Shown here: positions 57,543 through 64,000 of the stretch, piece after piece | Numbering within the stretch: position 1 is the stretch's first letter | Layout of the letters: every line of letters starts with the position of its first letter | IMG/VR virus record: IMGVR_UViG_3300037601_000035 | Reading direction: 5' to 3' (one strand) | DNA from: an uncultured virus (IMG/VR IMGVR_UViG_3300037601_000035) | Taxonomy: Duplodnaviria; Heunggongvirae; Uroviricota; Caudoviricetes | DNA length: 64,000 nt | Position numbers and translations under genes: made by a program | The notes under the pieces: model-generated | What the model saw: the letters and a program-made list of their open reading frames with translations, nothing else | Databases searched by the model: none | What the model was told of the DNA's origin: nothing

Positions 57543-59026
57543 TGAATAAAGAATTTTTAAATTATAGAGACTTTTTAAGTTTAAATGAATCTAAAGCAAG
57601 TGCTAAAAGAAGATTTTTAAATACAAATAAAATAGATAAGGAAACGTTTGACGAGTTTGTAAAGATGGATCCAAGTCCTAATTTTAAATATGTAGAAAAA
57701 TTAATTGAATTTCATTTAAAAGATAAAGTAGAACCATTTGAACTTTCTTCTGCTATAGAGACTTATCATGAATTAGAAAATAGAAATCTAATAAATGCAG
57801 ATATTCAAAGACTTTCTTATGAAGAATTTGATTCGCTTATTACACAAGCACTTAAAAGAAAAAAGGAAATAGATAAAGAAAAGAAAGAAACTTCTGAGGT
57901 AGAAGTAATATTAGATAATGATGATTTTTTAATTATTGTTCCGCAAACGATAGAATCTAGTTGTAAATACGGATCAGGAACTAGATGGTGTACTGCTGCT
58001 AAAAAAGATAATTATTTTAAAAGTTATGTTTATAATCAAGGAGTAACTCTTTATTACATTATAGATAAAAATAGATCACACAGTAAAACTTATTCCAAAA
58101 TTGCAGTAGCTGTTTATGAAGATGAAAGAAGACTTGTTTATAATGCAAATGATACAGAAATAGGAATGCATTATGTTATGAACGAGTTAGGACTTGATGA
58201 AAATATTTTTATGCCTAGAGAATTAACTTCTCCTCAAGCTCAATTACATCGTACACTTACAAAATATGGAATTAATGAAGATAAGTTAACTGATAATGGA
58301 GATGGAACTTATGATTATGATGGAAGCATAAACTTATTTAGAAGAAATTTAAATAGTTTATTAGATATAGGAATTAGATTCAGAAAAATTACAGAAAATT
58401 TCAATTGCTCTAATAATAAATTAGAAAATTTAGAAGGATCTCCAGAAATAGTAGAAGGAATTTTTGATTGTTCTTATAACAATTTGCCTAGTTTGGTAGA
58501 TGGACCAAAACAGGTAGGTCGCGAATACGACTGTTCTTATAATCCATTAAAGACTTTAGAAGGAATTCCAGTAAAAGTAGGAGATTTAGATTGTCAAAAT
58601 ACTGAAATTATAAATTTACTTCATTGCCCACAGGAAGTAGGAGATTTGTATCTTTCAAATAATAAGTACTTAACTTCTTTAAAAGGTGGACCAGAAATTG
58701 TAGATGGAGATTTAACTGTAGGATTTACTAAAATAGAAAAGTTCGAAGATATTAAAAAAGTAAATGGGTCTTTATTTGCTCAAAGAACAAAACTTAAAAC
58801 TTTAAAAGAAATTCCTCTAGTAAAAGGAAATATAATATTATTTGGAAATCAACTTACTTCTATTGAAGGATTACAAAAAGAAATAACGGGTATGTTAGAT
58901 ATAAGTTATAATGAAATAGAAAAATTAGACTTTTTACCTAAAGCTCGTAGAATTAATGTAGAAGAAAATCCAGGTGATTTAGAAGAACAAATAAAAGAAT
59001 TGCGTAAATCTAGTGTCAATATATAA
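57542..59026 (+). CDS. WCT-domain + LRR protein (family B, with capsid-targeting-like leader)
   Basis: MNKEFLNYRDFLSLNES; SCKYGSGTRWCTAA; FxCSxNxLxxLxGxPxxV LRRs. Confidence 0.88.
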   Translation: MNKEFLNYRDFLSLNESKASAKRRFLNTNKIDKETFDEFVKMDPSPNFKYVEKLIEFHLKDKVEPFELSSAIETYHELENRNLINADIQRLSYEEFDSLITQALKRKKEIDKEKKETSEVEVILDNDDFLIIVPQTIESSCKYGSGTRWCTAAKKDNYFKSYVYNQGVTLYYIIDKNRSHSKTYSKIAVAVYEDERRLVYNANDTEIGMHYVMNELGLDENIFMPRELTSPQAQLHRTLTKYGINEDKLTDNGDGTYDYDGSINLFRRNLNSLLDIGIRFRKITENFNCSNNKLENLEGSPEIVEGIFDCSYNNLPSLVDGPKQVGREYDCSYNPLKTLEGIPVKVGDLDCQNTEIINLLHCPQEVGDLYLSNNKYLTSLKGGPEIVDGDLTVGFTKIEKFEDIKKVNGSLFAQRTKLKTLKEIPLVKGNIILFGNQLTSIEGLQKEITGMLDISYNEIEKLDFLPKARRINVEENPGDLEEQIKELRKSSVNI

Positions 59027-59056
59027 TCTGTTACTTTAATTAACCACTTATTATAA

Positions 59057-59458
59057 ATGAATTTTATTTTAACTACTGAAATAGAAAAAGATTTAAAAGA
59101 CATCTTAGATCCATTTTATTATAAATTTTTAGATGTAGAAATTCTTAGAAAAGATTATGAAAATAGTCATGATTTAGGAGATCCTGAATATACAGATTTT
59201 CATTTTAATTGTTTTTTAACTAAGAAAATTCAAAATAGTTTTAAAAGTTCTAAGTCTAAATACTTTGTTTATAAAGTTCCTGTAATTCATACTTCTTTAG
59301 TTGAAAATTTACAGAGATTTATAGAAGAGAAATATTCTGAAAAAATTGAAAAATTTATGATAGTTTCTACAGAAATAAAAGAATGTAAAAAGGAATTAAA
59401 AGAATTAGACAATTTAGAATTTATCAAATATTGTCCAGAACTAAAAAGTTTTGAATGA
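59057..59458 (+). CDS. Hypothetical protein
   Basis: 133 aa; AATATATA at 59018-59025. Confidence 0.55.
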   Translation: MNFILTTEIEKDLKDILDPFYYKFLDVEILRKDYENSHDLGDPEYTDFHFNCFLTKKIQNSFKSSKSKYFVYKVPVIHTSLVENLQRFIEEKYSEKIEKFMIVSTEIKECKKELKELDNLEFIKYCPELKSFE

Positions 59459-60127
59459 TAAATTTTTAGAATAAAAAGACCAATCAGTAGAAGAACAATA
59501 CTTCATATAAGAAGCAATATAAATTTCATTTTCTTCTAGATTAGATAAAGTTAAAGATCCACTAGTAGATGATTCAGCAAATAACCAAGTTGAATCATTT
59601 ATTTTTTTATATCTAACTCTTATTTTACTAAAATTTGAATTTAATTCATTTGAATCAAATATTACAGAAGTAGAAGTTACTCCTCTAATTTCGGGATCCT
59701 GATTGCTTAATTGACACGTTAAAGGAGCTGTTAATTGTAATTCACCAGAAATTTCTAAATAAACTTCAGATAAAGATTTAGCTTCTAAAGTTCCAAATAT
59801 TTTTTCTAATTCAACTGTTTTTCCATAAACATGAATAACAGTAACATCTCCAACCTCTTCTATTTTTTCTAAATAGTAAGATTGAACATTATCTCCTAAA
59901 ATAAATTTATAAACATCTTGAGCATTAAATGTATAAGTATCATTTTCTTGTAAATAAGATTCAGTTAAAGATATTTTTAATATAGAATCTCTTTTAACAT
60001 ATCCTTCTGAAACTAAAAGGATTTCATCTAATAATATCTTTCCTTCTGCTAATCCAGATACAGTTAATTCAGGTTTACAAATAAATCCAGGATCATTTGG
60101 ATTTTCTATATGTGCAGTACTACTCAT
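59441..60127 (-). CDS. Protein with C-terminal fibronectin type III-like domain
   Basis: RVRYKKINDSTW...LTLSNLEENEIY; GATATATA at 60132-60139 on the minus strand. Confidence 0.55.
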   Translation of the reverse strand: MSSTAHIENPNDPGFICKPELTVSGLAEGKILLDEILLVSEGYVKRDSILKISLTESYLQENDTYTFNAQDVYKFILGDNVQSYYLEKIEEVGDVTVIHVYGKTVELEKIFGTLEAKSLSEVYLEISGELQLTAPLTCQLSNQDPEIRGVTSTSVIFDSNELNSNFSKIRVRYKKINDSTWLFAESSTSGSLTLSNLEENEIYIASYMKYCSSTDWSFYSKNLSFKTF

Positions 60128-60141
60128 AAACTATATATCCT

Positions 60142-60738
60142 CTAAAAGATAAAATCATAATCTAATTCATACTTCAATTTTAAAGCATCAAACATAATCT
60201 TAAATTCCCATAAAGAATCTTCTTCTGGTCCACCTATAAAAGTAAACTTATCATATTCAAAATGTCTATAAATATCAGGAATATAAAAATTTTGCTCTTG
60301 TAGTTTTCCAAAACTTAACTCTTTGGAAAGTCCTAATTTCTTATACTCATCAAATGTTAAAGTATCTAATTCTTTTTCATTTGAATCCATATATCTAATA
60401 AACTTTACTAACTCAAGTTCATTAACATCCAAATCTTTAAAGTCTAAAAAGAATCCTTCTTCTTTACTCTTAGTCTGAACCTTTAAAAAGTCGACATCAT
60501 CTATTCCACAAGTATCTTCTAAAAAAGCCTGTATCTGATATACATCAAAAGCAGAATTTTCCTCTTCATACAAATACAAAATATTAGTATAATCTTGAAC
60601 ATAATCACTTAAATGATCAGGATCAAAAACAAACATATCCTGATATAAAGGCTGAAAATTTAACATCACCAAGTTACTAGTTGTAGTATATCCTCGACGT
60701 GTCTCTTTATCCCCTAAGAAGCTTTTATTGTATGGCAT
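60142..60738 (-). CDS. Hypothetical protein
   Basis: 198-aa acidic ORF. Confidence 0.6.
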   Translation of the reverse strand: MPYNKSFLGDKETRRGYTTTSNLVMLNFQPLYQDMFVFDPDHLSDYVQDYTNILYLYEEENSAFDVYQIQAFLEDTCGIDDVDFLKVQTKSKEEGFFLDFKDLDVNELELVKFIRYMDSNEKELDTLTFDEYKKLGLSKELSFGKLQEQNFYIPDIYRHFEYDKFTFIGGPEEDSLWEFKIMFDALKLKYELDYDFIF

Positions 60739-60764
60739 AGTTACCTATATCTTTTAATTTAAAA

Positions 60765-61355
60765 TTAAACCTGATGCTCCTCTGCACTCCCTGTACATAT
60801 TCTGAAGTCACCTTTTTCAAACCATTCTGGTTTATTATTTAATCTGTCCCATGTAGCAAATGGTTTATCATGAATGTAGAAATTTCTGTATGATTCTACC
60901 ACATTTTCTAGCTTATATATGTCAGGCATGGCAAGAGGCGGCGGAGTCCATGGAATGTCTGGAAGATTTGTAGGAGGATTATTTTTCATCCATTCAAATC
61001 TAGGATTTGTAGCATGTTCTTTTCCGTATCTTTTTGTAAATTCAGCTGATAGTTTCATTCCTAATTGTAGAAGCCAATTCCAATTATTTATAGATTGTGC
61101 GGCCCATTGAGTAGAAGGGTGATATGGATGAGAAGTTCTATAAATTTCTTCTCTTGGAAAATCTACAAATACTTCATTTTTCATAAAAGAAATTTCTTCT
61201 TCTGTAAGTTTCTTAAACATTTTTCCGTATCCGTGTTGGATGTAATATGCAGTAGCTAGCATTTGAATAGATTCTACTGTCATTTTAACAACATGTTTGT
61301 CGCAATGATAATCTACTATTTTATCTATATCTTCATCTAAATAAAAAATATTCAA
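60765..61355 (-). CDS. Pyrimidine-dimer DNA glycosylase / endonuclease V-like protein
   Basis: MNIFYLD...HCDKHVVKM..E..QML, HPYHP...W, PLAMPD.YK, SYRNFY; TTG start with AAGGAG RBS. Confidence 0.75.
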   Translation of the reverse strand: MNIFYLDEDIDKIVDYHCDKHVVKMTVESIQMLATAYYIQHGYGKMFKKLTEEEISFMKNEVFVDFPREEIYRTSHPYHPSTQWAAQSINNWNWLLQLGMKLSAEFTKRYGKEHATNPRFEWMKNNPPTNLPDIPWTPPPLAMPDIYKLENVVESYRNFYIHDKPFATWDRLNNKPEWFEKGDFRICTGSAEEHQV

Positions 61356-61375
61356 TTTTTACTCCTTTTTATTTT

Positions 61376-61404
61376 TAATATAGTAAAAATTTTTAAAATA
61401 AAAA
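61376..61404 (-). promoter_or_regulatory. Putative early promoter (second copy of 24240-24268)
   Basis: TTTTTATTTTAAAAATTTTTACTATATTA on the minus strand. Confidence 0.45.
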
Positions 61405-61405
61405 A

Positions 61406-62245
61406 TTAAAATTCTAATCCAGTATCATCTAAATCTTTAGCTTCTTTATTCCATTTGTAAACTTCTTTATCTAAAGGTAACTTAATATTATTTTCTTCAG
61501 CATAAGAAAGAAGTTTTCTATATGCTTGAAGATCTACTTCACTTAAAGCAGTTATTATTTTCTTTTGTTCGTTTTGTGTCAAAGATACAAAAGTTTTTAT
61601 TCCATCTTCGTATGAAGTATCATAATATGATGAATGATTTTTAATAGAAACTTTTACCCTTGAATGTAATTGTGGGAACATTAAGGTACTAAAATAATAA
61701 ATAAACTTCCTATGATTTCGTGCTAGATGTACTATATTAAAATAATAATATAATGAATAATGCAATTCTTTTCCAACAAATTGAAGCTTTTTTAACCCTT
61801 CTAAACTAGTTAATTTATTATTACTCTGACATTCAAAATAACCCCCTACTGATTCGAGATTTTTTAATTCTTTTAAATTGTGTAAATTGTTCCAACCGCA
61901 ATTAAAATTTCCACCAACTTGTTCTAACTTCTCAAGACCTTCTAAATCATATAAAGCATTATGACTACAATTAAAATTTCCTCCTATATTTTTTATTTTA
62001 AATGGAATTTTTTTCTTAACTGCTCTCATAGAAGATATATTTAAATTTCCAGGAGTGCTAAAATATCCTTCTTCGTCTACTTTCCAATCTCCTGTTAATC
62101 TATATTCTTCATTATATTTTTTATTTACAAGATGTTTTTCTATAAACGCTTTTACTTCTTCAGGTTCTTCTAATGGAAATATAGATTGATCTAGTTCCTG
62201 ACTCTCATTTAAAAACTCTTTATATGTCTTAAATTCTTTATTCAT
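61406..62245 (-). CDS. LRR protein family A
   Basis: MNKEFKTYKEFLNES...2-3 LRR units...DLDDTGLEF. Confidence 0.88.
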   Translation of the reverse strand: MNKEFKTYKEFLNESQELDQSIFPLEEPEEVKAFIEKHLVNKKYNEEYRLTGDWKVDEEGYFSTPGNLNISSMRAVKKKIPFKIKNIGGNFNCSHNALYDLEGLEKLEQVGGNFNCGWNNLHNLKELKNLESVGGYFECQSNNKLTSLEGLKKLQFVGKELHYSLYYYFNIVHLARNHRKFIYYFSTLMFPQLHSRVKVSIKNHSSYYDTSYEDGIKTFVSLTQNEQKKIITALSEVDLQAYRKLLSYAEENNIKLPLDKEVYKWNKEAKDLDDTGLEF

Positions 62246-63123
62246 TATGATCCAACTTTTACGGTTTGTGCTAGTATTAAATTTTCTGCTGCATCTACGG
62301 CAGTAGTGGTAACGCCAGGGGTAGCAAACATTTTTCCGTCTATATTTACTGCCATAGCTTTAAGTAATTTCATTAAAGGTTCTCCATGAACAGCAGAAAA
62401 AGTAGGAGAGCTTCCTAAATAAGTATTGTCTCCATTTATTTTAACTATACTTGAATTAACAGTTATTCTATTTTCTGAAGTTATGTCAATATCTCTATTT
62501 GATATTATCTTAATATCAGGACCTTTTAATTCTATCATAGATTCCGTATCTTTATGTTCTATGAATATAGAAGAGTCTGGGCGAATTACTATTTGACTTC
62601 CTTTATGATATACTTGAAGTCCTATAGATTTTGTATAAAGCATCCAATAATCTTCATCTTCATCAAAGAAAGTAACATTTGCATTTACATAATCACCATC
62701 TTCACGAGTAATTATTCCCATCATCTTTTCATTTAATTTATGAACAGTATGATATTCTCCGGAATAAATGTCATCGTTTACAAAATTAACTTTTACCAAA
62801 GATCCTAACTTAGGAGTACAAAAAGAACCTGATCCTGGATTTTCGCCTCCTGCAAATATTTGAGAATTTACTTGAAACATCCAAGGCAAAGCTTTATTAG
62901 GAAGTAAAAAATGTGATTCATCTAGATAATCTTCTAGTTTTAAAGGTTCGTCGGGATAAGTTCCTTTATCGTCAATAGGAGCTCTTTGATCAAATCTTTC
63001 AAATATTCTTATCTTAGCTCTTCCTCTTTGTAAAGGATCTTCTATATCAACAACTATACCTAACCAATCCTTTCCTCTAAGACTTTGATTATAATTTTCT
63101 TTTTGTTGCTTTTCTTTATTCAT
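62245..63123 (-). CDS. gp5/VgrG-like baseplate central spike (OB-fold)
   Basis: WLGIVVDIEDPLQRGRAKIRIF, LPW, PKLGSLVKVNF, beta-rich C-terminus. Confidence 0.8.
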   Translation of the reverse strand: MNKEKQQKENYNQSLRGKDWLGIVVDIEDPLQRGRAKIRIFERFDQRAPIDDKGTYPDEPLKLEDYLDESHFLLPNKALPWMFQVNSQIFAGGENPGSGSFCTPKLGSLVKVNFVNDDIYSGEYHTVHKLNEKMMGIITREDGDYVNANVTFFDEDEDYWMLYTKSIGLQVYHKGSQIVIRPDSSIFIEHKDTESMIELKGPDIKIISNRDIDITSENRITVNSSIVKINGDNTYLGSSPTFSAVHGEPLMKLLKAMAVNIDGKMFATPGVTTTAVDAAENLILAQTVKVGS

Positions 63124-63125
63124 TT

Positions 63126-63998
63126 TTAAATATTAAATCCTGAAACTTCTATACCACTTCCTTTCTTTACATTAAGTTCACAAATAAAGCTTCTTATTGC
63201 AGACGTAGGGAAAATTTCAATTTCTATTATACCATAAGATCCATCTAAAACAGATCCATTGTTATTACTAGAATCTATTTTAATTGAATAATCTGTAAAT
63301 GCTCCTTCATCTTTTAAAGGAAATAATAAAGCATCTACATCTTCGAATATTTGAAATCTTGTTCTAGGAGTATTATTATCGAAAATATATCTTTGTAGAA
63401 CATATTCAATTAATCTCTCAACTGTACATAACATGTCTCTTACATGTAAATTTGCTAAAGGAGAAACTTTTAAATAATTTGTTTGATTTCCGTACATTAT
63501 TATTCCATATCCACTTTTATCTATAAATGGATTATATCCTATTTCAGTAAAATATTGAACATCATTTTCAGAAATATATTCTACTCCTACTACTCTAGGA
63601 TCTCTAATAAATCCTCTAGATGTTCCTGCAGCAGGTTTAAATCTATCTCCTGTTCTATTTTTAGAAACAAATAAATTTGAAGCATGTGCTCCAGCAGGAA
63701 GTTTAATTCTTTGACCATTGTTTTTAACATAAGTAACATAAGGTCCAACTACAGTTGAATGTTTTGCTCCATTTGAAACAGAAGGATGTGAATATTTATA
63801 ATCTGGGTTTAAATCATCATTTCCACCTTCAGCTACATAAATAGCATCAAATACTCTATTGTTAGCAGCGCTTGAAAAAATTGGTCCAGGAGCAACTGAA
63901 TTAGTAAATGCTTCTATACTTGGTCCATTTAAAAGTGCAATCGATCTTCCTTGTTTACTACATAAATTAGATAAAATTGTTTTAGGATAAAGTTCATT
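63126..63998 (-). CDS. Contractile tail sheath protein (gp18-like), 5'-truncated
   Basis: Frame stays open upstream of the listed Met (checked to about 63650; extension to the window edge assumed): PAAGTSRG...GYNP...MYGNQT...LHVRDML...FDNNTPRTR. Confidence 0.85.
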   Translation of the reverse strand, partial: NELYPKTILSNLCSKQGRSIALLNGPSIEAFTNSVAPGPIFSSAANNRVFDAIYVAEGGNDDLNPDYKYSHPSVSNGAKHSTVVGPYVTYVKNNGQRIKLPAGAHASNLFVSKNRTGDRFKPAAGTSRGFIRDPRVVGVEYISENDVQYFTEIGYNPFIDKSGYGIIMYGNQTNYLKVSPLANLHVRDMLCTVERLIEYVLQRYIFDNNTPRTRFQIFEDVDALLFPLKDEGAFTDYSIKIDSSNNNGSVLDGSYGIIEIEIFPTSAIRSFICELNVKKGSGIEVSGFNI

Positions 63999-64000
63999 TG

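Noticed and set aside
1799..63674. Short antisense or nested ORFs in the track (e.g. 1799-, 2468-, 3125-, 7741-, 14032-, 22590-, 35565+, 54682-, 60919+, 63483+)
   Set aside because: They overlap longer well-supported genes, have F/I/S-rich shadow composition and lack motifs.
1..64000. CRISPR array, tRNA or rRNA genes
   Set aside because: No repeat-spacer periodicity outside coding repeats and no cloverleaf or rRNA-like GC-rich segment seen by eye; intergenic gaps are short. A covariance-model scan was not run.
1..64000. Eukaryotic giant virus or bacterial chromosome origin suggested by the LRR abundance
   Set aside because: gp32-like SSB, UvsX, gp41, gp46/47, tail sheath, baseplate genes, peptidoglycan hydrolases and Shine-Dalgarno motifs indicate a tailed bacteriophage.

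Overview
Very AT-rich, gene-dense 64 kb segment of a T4-superfamily-like jumbo myophage read in the standard code. The host is unknown; a DUF151-UVR gene and a spanin-like gene weakly suggest Bacteroidota/FCB. It contains (i) a replication/recombination block: RuvC-like resolvase, gp32-like SSB, possible clamp, only the C-terminal half of a family-B DNA polymerase, UvsX/RecA, gp41/DnaB helicase, gp47/gp46 and RNase H; (ii) dispersed baseplate, tail and lysis genes; and (iii) 14 leucine-rich-repeat (LRR) genes in three paralogous families, about 17.6 kb in total. Three core genes are fractured. uvsX is split by an atypical split intein around a free-standing Vsr-like homing endonuclease. gp46/sbcC is present only as a 40-aa N-extein plus a 29-aa IntN followed by a terminator, and its partner is not in the window. 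polB is split without an intein. The most striking cryptic signal is the 51-nt spacer before the endonuclease, which carries an inverted copy of the intein-less uvsX insertion site: codon positions 1-2 match in 7 consecutive codons and only third positions differ. It also forms an inverted repeat around a late promoter and the start codon. Many LRR and other accessory proteins carry a T4 capsid-targeting-like leader (MNKEFKTYKEFINE), suggesting an injected, diversifying effector arsenal. Three recurrent promoter-like motifs were read directly from intergenic DNA. All protein calls come from motif recognition and synteny; no database searches were run.
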